Position numbers and translations under genes: made by a program. A stretch of DNA of 64,000 bases from Spirochaetota bacterium (GTDB taxonomy: Bacteria > Spirochaetota > JAAYUW01 > JAOAHJ01), in the NCBI GenBank assembly GCA_026415295.1, contig JAOAHJ010000002.1, forward strand, positions 7,509-71,508, in the 5' to 3' direction. The notes below the pieces were generated by a model. That model made no database searches and was not told where the DNA came from. It saw nothing but the letters and a program-made list of their open reading frames with translations. Within the stretch, counting starts at the first letter, position 1. Each line of letters opens with the position of its first letter. Below are positions 40,843 through 50,726 of this stretch, one piece after another.

Positions 40843-41752
40843 AGTTAATCCCTTGTAACATCTTTATTTTTTCATAAATCCTCAATTTTGCAGATCTTGA
40901 AGATGGATTAAGCTTTATTTCCTCAGAATCAGCTAATATCGGTTTCTTAAAAACTTTAACAAAATATCCTTCCTTTTCAAGATCTAGAAATTTCTTCTTA
41001 ACAATCCTATCCTCAAGAGAATGATAGCTTAATATAAATATTCTACCTTTTAATATCGTCCTATCAGGAATAAAAGATAAAACTTTTTCTAAGTTTTCAA
41101 GTTCATTATTTACATATATTCTTAATGCTTGAAAAACTCTAGTCGCTGGGTTTATTTTATAATTTCTCTTAAAACCTACAGCTTTTTTAACTATATTTTC
41201 TAACTGGGAAGTTTTCATTATTTTAATTTTTTTTCTTTCTTCAACAATAAAATGAGCGATCTTTCTTGAGTATCTTTCTTCTCCATATTTATAAAAAATA
41301 TCAGAAAGTTCTTTTTCAGTAAATTTATTTATAATTTCATATGCTGGGATTTTAGCATATTTTGATAATCTCATATCAAGAATTTGATCTTCTAAAAAAG
41401 TAATACCTTTTTTTGATTCTTTAATATGATACATTGATATTCCAAGATCAAATATAGAGAAAGAAACAAAATTTAAATCCAATTTATTTAAAATTTCAGG
41501 TATTTTTACAAAGTTATCATTAAACAAAAAAACTCTGTCTTCATATATCTTCATATTTTTTTGTGCTATTGAAAAAACTTCCTCATCTTGTTCTATACCT
41601 ATTATTTTAATATTCGGGAACTTTTCAAGTAGAATTTTACTATAACCTCCCTCTCCAAAGCAAGCATCAAGGATATAAATTTCACCTTTTATAGCATCTA
41701 TATTTATGTTTTCAATTATTTTATTAATTAATACAGGCTTATGCCAATCCAT
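40829..41752 (-). CDS. rsmH: 16S rRNA (cytosine1402-N4)-methyltransferase RsmH/MraW
   Basis: HKPVLINKI, DACFGEGGYS SAM-binding motif. Confidence 0.9.
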   Translation of the reverse strand: MDWHKPVLINKIIENINIDAIKGEIYILDACFGEGGYSKILLEKFPNIKIIGIEQDEEVFSIAQKNMKIYEDRVFLFNDNFVKIPEILNKLDLNFVSFSIFDLGISMYHIKESKKGITFLEDQILDMRLSKYAKIPAYEIINKFTEKELSDIFYKYGEERYSRKIAHFIVEERKKIKIMKTSQLENIVKKAVGFKRNYKINPATRVFQALRIYVNNELENLEKVLSFIPDRTILKGRIFILSYHSLEDRIVKKKFLDLEKEGYFVKVFKKPILADSEEIKLNPSSRSAKLRIYEKIKMLQGINYENH

Positions 41753-41883
41753 TCTAAAACCTTAAATAAAAAATATTTAAAAATATAAATATAATTAATT
41801 TAAAAATTATTAATATTGAAAGAAAATTAAAAAATTAAATAAAATAAATTTATTTTTTTTTTGGGAAATAATAAACCAAAAAA

Positions 41884-42390
41884 TTAAAAATCAAAATCTC
41901 TAATGTTCTTTGACAGGGATTCTATCTGGTCCCCAGAATATTTAAACAACCCCTCCCAATTTTCCAGAGACCAGATTTCAATTTTCTGAATTGCACCAAG
42001 TAAAACTACATCTTTGACGATTCCAGCATAATTTAAAAGAGGTTTTGGAATAGTAAATCTTCCCTGTTTATCAAGCTCAATATTTTTTGCAGGAAAAATA
42101 AAAAACCTCATAAAAAGCCTATCTTCCTTATTTTTATAAAGAAGATTTTCACTAAATTTTTTAATGACCTCTTCCCAATTTCCCTCTGGATATAAAAGTA
42201 AACATTTTTCAAAACCTCTAGTTATTACCCATCTTTCTTTGCCGGAATCAATATTTGAAGAATCCCCCTCCCCATCTTGATTTCTAAAAGTGGATGGTAA
42301 TATGATTCTTGACTTTTCATCAAGTGAACAAAAATATTCTCCATAAAATTTTTTTTCCACAAATATCCACTTTAATCCACTTTTCTCCAC
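41884..42390 (-). CDS. mraZ: Transcriptional regulator MraZ
   Basis: Two DxxxR-type motifs (LDEKSRIILPSTFR and LDKQGRFTIPKPLL). Contains a ~20-aa G/D/S-rich insertion. Confidence 0.8.
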   Translation of the reverse strand: MEKSGLKWIFVEKKFYGEYFCSLDEKSRIILPSTFRNQDGEGDSSNIDSGKERWVITRGFEKCLLLYPEGNWEEVIKKFSENLLYKNKEDRLFMRFFIFPAKNIELDKQGRFTIPKPLLNYAGIVKDVVLLGAIQKIEIWSLENWEGLFKYSGDQIESLSKNIRDFDF

Positions 42391-42611
42391 AAATTATTAT
42401 ATTTTAAATCTAATTTGTCAAGTAAAATTTTAAAAAATTTTCATTAATTTTTTTAAAATTTAATAATTTAAAAATAAATACTATTTATATCATCAAACTT
42501 AAAAGACAATTAAATAAATAATTTATTTTTTTCTTTAAATATTTTTTTTTTAAACTATTTATTAAAAAAAATAAATAATTTAATTAGATATTTTATTAAA
42601 AAGGAAAAAAA

Positions 42612-43514
42612 ATGGAGATTTTAAAATCGATATTTTTCTCTTTAGTTCAATCACTGACCGAATTTTTACCTGTATCATCTTCAGGGCACCTTTTGTTTTT
42701 TAAAAATATTTTAAATTTTGAAGAATATGGAATTTTTTATGATATTGTTTTGCACGCAGGTTCTCTTGTAGCTATTATATTTTTCTTTTACAAAGAAATA
42801 AAAGAATTAATATTAAATACTATAATAGAGTTGAAAGATTCTATAAAAAAAGATAAAAATGAAAAATTAGACATTAAAAACAAAAAATATAATATCCAAA
42901 AATTTTATATAAAGATAAATGAAACTTTTAATAAAAAAAATACAAAAATTCTTACTTTTTCAATTATTTCAACTTTTGTTACCTTTACCTTTTACATTAT
43001 ATTTAAAAAAATCTTTGATTATTTAATAGAAAATCCAAAAATTTTACCTTTTACTTTTTTAATAACAGCAATTTTAATATTTTTATCTTATTTATTTTCT
43101 AAAAATTATAAAAATGAAAGCTTTTTAAACATAAACAATAAGACATACTTTTTCCCTTTAATTATTGGATTCGTACAAGGTATAGCAATACTTCCCGGAG
43201 TTTCGAGATCTGGATCTACAATTTCAATGGCTTTAATTTTAAAAACAAACAAAAATGAGGCCTTCTTTTATTCTTTTTTATTATCCATTTATGCTATTGG
43301 GGGGAGTTTTTTATTTTCATTATTAGAATTAAAAGGATTTGAGCTTATAGTAAAATCCCCTTCAATATATATATATGGCTTTTTTTTCAGTTTTATTTTT
43401 AGTTTTTTAACACTAAAATTATTAAAATTTCTAATCAATAAAAATATATATTTCTATTTTTCTATTTATGTTTTAATCCTTTCATTTTTTAGTTTTTTAA
43501 GATTTTATTTTTAA
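42612..43514 (+). CDS. uppP: Undecaprenyl-diphosphate phosphatase UppP/BacA
   Basis: N-terminal LTEFLPVSSSGHL, later PGVSRSGSTI. Low-complexity K/N insert mid-protein. Confidence 0.8.
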   Translation: MEILKSIFFSLVQSLTEFLPVSSSGHLLFFKNILNFEEYGIFYDIVLHAGSLVAIIFFFYKEIKELILNTIIELKDSIKKDKNEKLDIKNKKYNIQKFYIKINETFNKKNTKILTFSIISTFVTFTFYIIFKKIFDYLIENPKILPFTFLITAILIFLSYLFSKNYKNESFLNINNKTYFFPLIIGFVQGIAILPGVSRSGSTISMALILKTNKNEAFFYSFLLSIYAIGGSFLFSLLELKGFELIVKSPSIYIYGFFFSFIFSFLTLKLLKFLINKNIYFYFSIYVLILSFFSFLRFYF

Positions 43515-44331
43515 TTAAATTTTCATAAATAAAATCTAATCTTTTACCACTATTATTTTTAATATTAATTTCATTTTTAACTTTTTTTATTATTTCTGAA
43601 TGTAATTTATTAATCTCATTATGAAAAACATCACTTTGATTTTCTTCTTCTTTTTCAAAAGTTATTCTAAACTTTGGATTATATTTTAAATTATTTCTTA
43701 CTACATTAAGGTCCCCTTAAATATATTTAAAAGTAAATTAAGATCATTATCTATATTAATTATATTTAAGTTAAAATTTGATTCAAAATCTTTGAGCTTT
43801 TTTGCTTAGGTACCTATTTTTAATCTTAGCAGTATCTTTTAGTATAAATATCTTAAAATATTTTAATATTTTATTTTTATTGAACTCTTCAAATTTTAGA
43901 CAATTACATATATTATCAAATGCTTTTTTGAATTAGTCTTATAGAAAGATTAAGATCTTTTTTTAATGATCCTTAAGATTCTAAATCTATTAATATATTT
44001 TTCTAAGGGATTATCAAATATATTATAAATTAAATCTTTTCTTACTTTTTTTAAATTTAATGAAAAAAATTTAATTAATTTAATAAAAAAATAATTGATA
44101 ATAGTTTAAATTAACAAAATTATTAGAGTCTAAATCTTCTATAGAAATATTGATTAAAAATCTTTTTTTCTTAAATTCTATTTATCCACCTTATTTTTTA
44201 TTTTCTTTATTTATAATAATCCATATATAAGACAAATTTTGTCATACAAATAATTTTTTTTTAAAATTTTCTCTTTAAATTTTTTATTATTAATTTAAGT
44301 TTCTCTAAATAAAAAGAGTTTCACTTAATAT
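43515..44331. pseudogene. About 800 bp stretch with no intact ORF; looks like frameshifted coding remnants on the minus strand
   Basis: Minus-strand translations give 30-65 aa protein-like fragments (e.g. NVVRNNLKYNPKFRITFEKEEENQSDVFHNEINKLHSEIIKK) broken by stops and frameshifts. No start codon. Confidence 0.35.
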
Positions 44332-45351
44332 TTGATGGAAGTTAAAAATAATGAAAATTTAAAAATTAATATTTTAAATTCTGGATCAAATGGAAATTCA
44401 ATTATAATTGAAAATTGCTCATACAATATTATTATTGATATTGGAATCTCAAAAAGAAATTTTTTAAATATATCAAAAAAACTAAAAATAAATTTAAATA
44501 AAAGAAATTTTTTATTTATTACACATTTTCATGATGATCATGTAAAAGGACTTCCTTATTTAATAGAAGATATAAAACCTATAATATTCATTTCTGATAA
44601 AAACAATTTTTTAATTAATATAGAAAATTTTATTAAAACTAACAAAAGCAACAAATGTGCAGAAAAATTATTACAATTTACAAAAAAAAATTACATATTT
44701 GTTTTTGAATTTAATAAAAAAAATTTATTAAAAAATATTAACAATTTTTATTTTATTCCAATTCAAACATATCATGATGACAATAAATCTTCATGTTTCT
44801 TTTTTAATATTGAAGGAGTAAATATTTTTTACCTTACTGATACTGGTAAAATAGACAGTCAAATGCACAATCTTGGTTTTATTTCAGATTTAATATTTTT
44901 AGAATCAAACTATGATGAAAATATGCTAATTAATGGAACATACCCTATAAACCTTAAGAAAAGAATAATTTCAGATTTTGGTCACCTTTCTAATAAACAA
45001 TCTATTGAATTTATTAAATATTTACTAAACATGAATTTTATTAATTTAAATAAAAATAATATTAATAACAACAAAAATAATAATAATTCAATAAATATTA
45101 AAAATATAGATACAATAAAAGAATTCAATTACAAAACTTTTTTATTGTGTCACATAAGTGAAAATAATAATAATATTGAGAGTATAAAAAAAGAAATTTT
45201 GGAAAATCTTGATATTTATGAAAATATAAACAATTTAAATTATAAAAACAACAAATTTGAAATTAATATTATAGAAAGAAATAAATATTATTCTTTTTAT
45301 TATAAAAAAAATGAAAAAAAAATAACAGATTTTTTAGTTTTTAATGACTAA
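44332..45351 (+). CDS. MBL-fold metallo-hydrolase with poly-Asn insertion
   Basis: HxHxDH motif FITHFHDDHVKG. Asn-rich low-complexity insert NKNNINNNKNNNNSINIKN. Confidence 0.65.
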   Translation: MMEVKNNENLKINILNSGSNGNSIIIENCSYNIIIDIGISKRNFLNISKKLKINLNKRNFLFITHFHDDHVKGLPYLIEDIKPIIFISDKNNFLINIENFIKTNKSNKCAEKLLQFTKKNYIFVFEFNKKNLLKNINNFYFIPIQTYHDDNKSSCFFFNIEGVNIFYLTDTGKIDSQMHNLGFISDLIFLESNYDENMLINGTYPINLKKRIISDFGHLSNKQSIEFIKYLLNMNFINLNKNNINNNKNNNNSINIKNIDTIKEFNYKTFLLCHISENNNNIESIKKEILENLDIYENINNLNYKNNKFEINIIERNKYYSFYYKKNEKKITDFLVFND

Positions 45352-45442
45352 ATTATTATTTTTTTTGATTAAAAAAAATTAATATTATTAGTTAATATTT
45401 TTTCAATAAAACCTCTATTTTTTAAAAATAAATTTTTTTTAA

Positions 45443-46306
45443 TCAATTATCAATTTTTTCAGCAACTATACACATAACATCGCCAAAATTAAATTTTTTT
45501 GCTAAAACATCTACCAACTTTTTTATTTTTTTATATTTAAATCCAACAGGTATAAATCCCCATGATTCTTGAAAATATGGATTAAAGCCAGTTTTTTTTA
45601 ACATATTAATAATTGTTTTTTTTGTAAATAATACTAAATGATCTGGAATTGCAGATCTCCAACTTTTTTTGTATATATAAAATGCAGGAGAATCTAATCT
45701 TGGAGTAGTAATAATTATTGAACCTCCAGGTTTTAATATTCTTTTTACTTCAAACAAAAAAGACATAGGATCTTTTAAATGTTCTATTAAATGTGAAAAA
45801 TGTATTATATCATAATAATTAGATGGTAGCTTAGCATTTTCAAGAGTATCATTGATAACATTTACTTCAAAATTCGTTTTAGCAAATTCAGCTGATTCTT
45901 TACATAACTCAATGCCTAGTTCTTCCATACCAAGATCTTTAAAATATCTTAAAAGTAAACCAGTAGCACTTCCAATATCTAAAACCTTTTTTCCTTTTAA
46001 TGGAGCAAATCTATTTTCAAAATCAATATCTTTAAGAGTCAATCTTTGTAAATGATGAAAATTCTGATGATTTTTAATCTCATATTCAAAATATTTTTCA
46101 TCATATCTATTTTTTAAGTGTTCAAATTCTGGTTGCAATTCTTGAAAAACAAGGTTGCAATTCTGGCATTTTACATAATAAAATTTATCAAGATTTAAAA
46201 AAAGTTTCTTTCTTTCAGATCCACAAAAAGGACAATTTTTAATCTCCATTCTTTCATTTTCTCTTATATTATTCCTCATATAAATATCTTCATTAAGCTT
46301 TTCCAT
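45443..46306 (-). CDS. Class I SAM-dependent methyltransferase with N-terminal zinc ribbon
   Basis: CPFCGSERKK...CQNCNLVF. Motif I VLDIGSATGLL. Confidence 0.7.
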   Translation of the reverse strand: MEKLNEDIYMRNNIRENERMEIKNCPFCGSERKKLFLNLDKFYYVKCQNCNLVFQELQPEFEHLKNRYDEKYFEYEIKNHQNFHHLQRLTLKDIDFENRFAPLKGKKVLDIGSATGLLLRYFKDLGMEELGIELCKESAEFAKTNFEVNVINDTLENAKLPSNYYDIIHFSHLIEHLKDPMSFLFEVKRILKPGGSIIITTPRLDSPAFYIYKKSWRSAIPDHLVLFTKKTIINMLKKTGFNPYFQESWGFIPVGFKYKKIKKLVDVLAKKFNFGDVMCIVAEKIDN

Positions 46307-46381
46307 CTTTATCCTCTTTCATAATATAATAAATAATGCATATAAAAAAATATACTTTCAAAAATTAATATAAATAATTAA

Positions 46382-48328
46382 TTACTGTTTTTTAATAACA
46401 ACAAAGTATCCATTTAAAATTTTCGAATATATTCCAGTTTTCTCAAATTTAATTCTTGAAGCTTTCTGAGATACTTCTATTATTTCTCCATTCGCTTGAA
46501 TATTATTATTATCATATAAAAAAGAAAATTCTTTATCTTTTAATTTCAACTCTTTGTTGTTTAATATTATTACTTTATCTCCTTTCTTTATCCCATTTTC
46601 ATATCCAACATTAATAATAGCCTCATTCCCTTCAACTTTTATAATCTCTGCTCTTAAAGGTATAAGTTCATTTATTAAAGTATAAAAATAATATATATTA
46701 TCAAGCAAAGCAAACTCACTCTTATAATAAATTCTCTTTGAAAACATTGTTTGAAGGTTTGAAGTATTAATTATCTTAAAATTAATGTCAACATCCTCTA
46801 TTAAATTATATACTTCAAAAATCATACCAAGTTCAATTTTATTTTGAAGTGCATATTTTGATAATGATTCTAAAGAATTAAATTTACCATTTACAAAAAT
46901 AATATTAAAATTCTTTGCATATAATTTTATAATATCATAAATGTATTTCTGTAAATATGTAAGTTGAAATTCATCATACTTAATGTCATCTTTAATATAC
47001 AAAAATATTCCTAAATTTATTTTTGTTTTAGTAAATACTTCACTATCAGGACTTAAATTATATTTGGATTCAATCATATTTTTAATATATTTTTGGAGAA
47101 TTTCTTTATTTTTTTGAAAGGTTTGAATTCCAAAAGCTTCTAATAAAATATACTGTTCAAGTTGCTCAAATATTAAGTTTTTTGTTTTTAAAATATTTAA
47201 ATAAAAATTTCTATAATCTAGATTTGAAGGCTCAAGTAATGTAGCAACTTTAATAAAAAATTCTCCCTGATTTACGTAACCACTTCTATAAAAATATTGT
47301 CCCCATTTAAAAACATCTTTTGAAATCTCTTTCCTTAAATTTATGTTTAGTTCTCTGTTATCAATAAGTATCTCCCTTAAAACATTAGAAAGTAACTCAT
47401 CACCTTTATAAACATTAAGACTCTGTTGAATTACATCAATTGCTTTATCAAACAATTTATTATTGATATAAAGATCTATTAAAGGCCATATATAATCAAG
47501 ATTTTGTGGATCTTTTTTTATAAGATATTCAAATATTTCTATACTTCTTTGTAAATTTCCATTAAATTTAGCAAGTTTCCCCTCATATTCCATAGCAATT
47601 TCATTTTCTGGATTAATTTTATATAAAGTTTGAAGATAGAAATAAGCATTCTGGTAGTCTGCTTTCTCCCAAAAAAAATTTATAAGTTCTTCATATATCT
47701 CTTCTTCATAAGGGGCAAGATTAATAGCTTTTTGCAAAAAATTTACAGCAAAATTTTTTGAGCCAGTATTGTAATAAAATTTATAAAGTAATAAATAAGT
47801 TTTCCAATCATTTGGGTAATCTTTTAATATATTATTATATATATTCAAAGCTTGAGGAAGATATCCCTGTTTATAGTATATATCTGCTTCAAGATAATAA
47901 ACATCAAGAAAAGTAGGTTTTAATTTTTTAATTTTGTTAATATAACTAAAAGCTTTTTCAAAATTACCTGTATTTGAATATGTTAAGGCAATATAATAAA
48001 GCAATAGATGATCAGTAGATACAAGTTTTTCAGCTTTGAGAAAATATTCTAGACTTAAATTAAAATTTTTTAAATTATAATAAGACAAACCTAGATAAAA
48101 AATAGCATCATAATAGTTTGGGTTTTCAGAAATTGAATTTAAGAAAAACTCAATAGCTTTCATATAATTTTTTTCATTATATGCTAGTAAACCTTTATTA
48201 AAAGATTCCAAAGGCGAAGCAATTAAAAAATTATATATAAAAAAAAAGAACAATAATAGCATAACAATTTTTCCTCTGTATTTATATCTAAAAATAGTAT
48301 TCTTATGAAGAATATATAATTTTTCCAT
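46382..48328 (-). CDS. Membrane-anchored TPR-repeat protein (648 aa)
   Basis: N-terminal TM. Multiple 34-aa TPR-like units (W-LG-Y/A-F-A/P pattern, e.g. AIEFFLNSISENPNYYDAIFYLGLSYYNLKNF). Confidence 0.65.
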   Translation of the reverse strand: MEKLYILHKNTIFRYKYRGKIVMLLLFFFFIYNFLIASPLESFNKGLLAYNEKNYMKAIEFFLNSISENPNYYDAIFYLGLSYYNLKNFNLSLEYFLKAEKLVSTDHLLLYYIALTYSNTGNFEKAFSYINKIKKLKPTFLDVYYLEADIYYKQGYLPQALNIYNNILKDYPNDWKTYLLLYKFYYNTGSKNFAVNFLQKAINLAPYEEEIYEELINFFWEKADYQNAYFYLQTLYKINPENEIAMEYEGKLAKFNGNLQRSIEIFEYLIKKDPQNLDYIWPLIDLYINNKLFDKAIDVIQQSLNVYKGDELLSNVLREILIDNRELNINLRKEISKDVFKWGQYFYRSGYVNQGEFFIKVATLLEPSNLDYRNFYLNILKTKNLIFEQLEQYILLEAFGIQTFQKNKEILQKYIKNMIESKYNLSPDSEVFTKTKINLGIFLYIKDDIKYDEFQLTYLQKYIYDIIKLYAKNFNIIFVNGKFNSLESLSKYALQNKIELGMIFEVYNLIEDVDINFKIINTSNLQTMFSKRIYYKSEFALLDNIYYFYTLINELIPLRAEIIKVEGNEAIINVGYENGIKKGDKVIILNNKELKLKDKEFSFLYDNNNIQANGEIIEVSQKASRIKFEKTGIYSKILNGYFVVIKKQ

Positions 48329-48370
48329 ATAAATATTCCTTAAAATAAATTTATAAAGAAAAATTCAAAA

Positions 48371-50401
48371 TTAAGGATTTATGATTTTCATATAATATCC
48401 AAGCCAATTTTTCCCCACTCTACCATTATAATTTACTTCAACCATAACTTTTCTAAAAAAATCTTCTTTATAAATAAAAGGAGATTTGTAATAAACAATA
48501 TAACATGGAGATTGATAATTTATAAATTTTAATAACACCTTTTGAGCATTGAAAAGATCATCACCTTCATAAAAAGCCCCCCCTGTTTTAGAAGCAAGCT
48601 CTTTTAAAAATGTCTTTCCATTTCCATCTCCAATATAAAAAACATATACAGGGATATAATTTATCTTTGCATAATTTATTATATCATTCTGAGAATAGTA
48701 AAGAAAAGAATCATTCTTATAATTACCATCAGTTATGTAAATAATACCACCTTTTAAATATTTTTGAAAAAAAGAAGTAATAGAAGAATATAAATTTCTA
48801 TCACTATTTTTATAATCAGAATAATTCTCCTCTTTTTTCACCTGATCAAATATTTTTAATTTATCATTACTAAAATTTACAATTTGATTTGTTAAATTTG
48901 AAAGAAAAAAATTATATTTTATCATATTTTCATCAGAGTTAAATATTTGAGTTAATATAGAAACAATTTTATCTATTTTATTCTTCATTGTTGGAAAACT
49001 ATCAATAACTATTGAAAGACTTTTAAAATCATCCCTAAGATAAGAAAATTCAGTTGACAGTCTTGTTATCTTACTGTCATACTCCCAAAATGAAAAATTA
49101 TTATCAGTAAGACCATAGATTGTATTTCCAAATTGATCCTTAACAGAAACATAAGCAACAACAAGAGGCCAACTTCTAATATCTATTCTTTCAAGCTTCA
49201 CATCCAAGTTAAGATACAAAGCATTTCTTGGAACAAAGTAAACTATTTCTGCTCTGTATGGATCTGTTACTATTAAATTTTGATTCTTATCTATCAAAAT
49301 GTAATAGGGATCAAAAAATTCATAATTACCTATTTCAACCTTATCAATTGTTTTCAATTCAAAATTATAAATGTATATTTCCTTGTTGTCTAATATATAT
49401 AGATATTTATCAAAAAAAAGAGTTAATCCCTTTGGCGATTTAAGTACATTTTCTCCTATTGAATATATATAATTTCCCCATAAATCAAAAACATCTACTC
49501 TTTTATTATAATTATTACTTATATACAATACTTTTCTAGTAGAATCAAACACAATATCAATAGGTTTAAAAAATTTACCATACTCTTCACCATACTCTCC
49601 AAAATAAAATAAAAAATTTCCATCTTTATCAAATTTAACTACTCTATTGTTACCTTGATCAATACAATAAATTTGTCCTTCATTGTCTATTGCAATACCT
49701 GCTGGTCCATTCAATATACTTTTTTTATTATTGTCCAAACCTATTTTTTTTAGTATTGTCCCATTTTTTGTCAATTTATAAATTACATTATTTTTATAGT
49801 CAGAGACATACATTGTATTATCATTTTCATTAAATACAACATCATAAGGGTAACCTAAAAACTTTCCAAAAATATTTATTGACCTTTTAACTTCCCCATT
49901 TACAAGTTCCATAACAGAATAAGCTCTATGAGATGCAAAATATACATTATTTCTTGGATCTACATCAAGACCAAGAGGCCAAATAAAAAAGCTATCTTTT
50001 AATTTTTTGCCATTTATCTTTGAAAAAAAAGTAAATTGATCTATTTTTATATCTTTTGTTAATTTACCTTCTTGAAACATTATATTATTTACCATATTTT
50101 CAAGCTGTTGATCCTCAAATCCAAGCTCTTTTAAATTTTGCCATTCTACTAAAGCATTTTGAATAAATCCTGATTTATAATAACTCCATCCAAGAAAATA
50201 TCTTGCAAGAAAATCTTTCGGATTAAAAGATACCGATTTTTTTAAAGCAAGAATTGCTTGTTGATAAAATTCACTATTATAAAAAAGGATTCCTTCTTTA
50301 CGATTAATGTCTGCTTTTACTAAATCAGCATTATTTTGAGAAATAAAAAATAATGATATAAAAACTAAAAATAAAAATTTTAATAGATTACCCCTTTTCA
50401 A
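48371..50401 (-). CDS. TPR / NHL-repeat beta-propeller / vWA-like multidomain secreted protein
   Basis: Signal peptide. N-terminal TPR. NHL repeats (YPYDVVFNENDNTMYVSDYKNNVIYKL; GPAGIAIDNEGQIYCIDQGNNRVVKFDKDGNF). C-terminal vWA-like region (LSIVIDSFPT...IIYITDGNYKND). Confidence 0.55.
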   Translation of the reverse strand: MKRGNLLKFLFLVFISLFFISQNNADLVKADINRKEGILFYNSEFYQQAILALKKSVSFNPKDFLARYFLGWSYYKSGFIQNALVEWQNLKELGFEDQQLENMVNNIMFQEGKLTKDIKIDQFTFFSKINGKKLKDSFFIWPLGLDVDPRNNVYFASHRAYSVMELVNGEVKRSINIFGKFLGYPYDVVFNENDNTMYVSDYKNNVIYKLTKNGTILKKIGLDNNKKSILNGPAGIAIDNEGQIYCIDQGNNRVVKFDKDGNFLFYFGEYGEEYGKFFKPIDIVFDSTRKVLYISNNYNKRVDVFDLWGNYIYSIGENVLKSPKGLTLFFDKYLYILDNKEIYIYNFELKTIDKVEIGNYEFFDPYYILIDKNQNLIVTDPYRAEIVYFVPRNALYLNLDVKLERIDIRSWPLVVAYVSVKDQFGNTIYGLTDNNFSFWEYDSKITRLSTEFSYLRDDFKSLSIVIDSFPTMKNKIDKIVSILTQIFNSDENMIKYNFFLSNLTNQIVNFSNDKLKIFDQVKKEENYSDYKNSDRNLYSSITSFFQKYLKGGIIYITDGNYKNDSFLYYSQNDIINYAKINYIPVYVFYIGDGNGKTFLKELASKTGGAFYEGDDLFNAQKVLLKFINYQSPCYIVYYKSPFIYKEDFFRKVMVEVNYNGRVGKNWLGYYMKIINP

Positions 50402-50726
50402 TTCCCCCTCCCATAATTAAAATAAAAAGATAGCCTTTATAAGAAAAATAAATTTTCAAAAAAAAATAACAAATCTTTTATTGCATCATTACAAAATATA
50501 TTATAATCAATAAACAATTCATTATTAAAAAACACAATATAAAAAAATAATTAAGCTCTAAATTTCTAATAATATTTAAATAAAATTAAAAAATATTTAT
50601 AAATCTATATAATTCACACATTATAATAATACAAATTTTTTAAAAGTAAATACAAAAAATAAAAGTTGAAAAAAGAATTTAATGTTCTAATATTTTATAA
50701 AGAAAAAAAATAAAAAAGGGGAAAAA

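Noticed and set aside
43515-44331. tmRNA, RNase P RNA or SRP RNA in the coding desert
   Set aside because: No tRNA-like acceptor or T-arm ends (no GGGG...CTCCACCA), no RNase P AGGAAAGTCC-type motif and no GC-rich helices. The content looks like degraded coding sequence instead.
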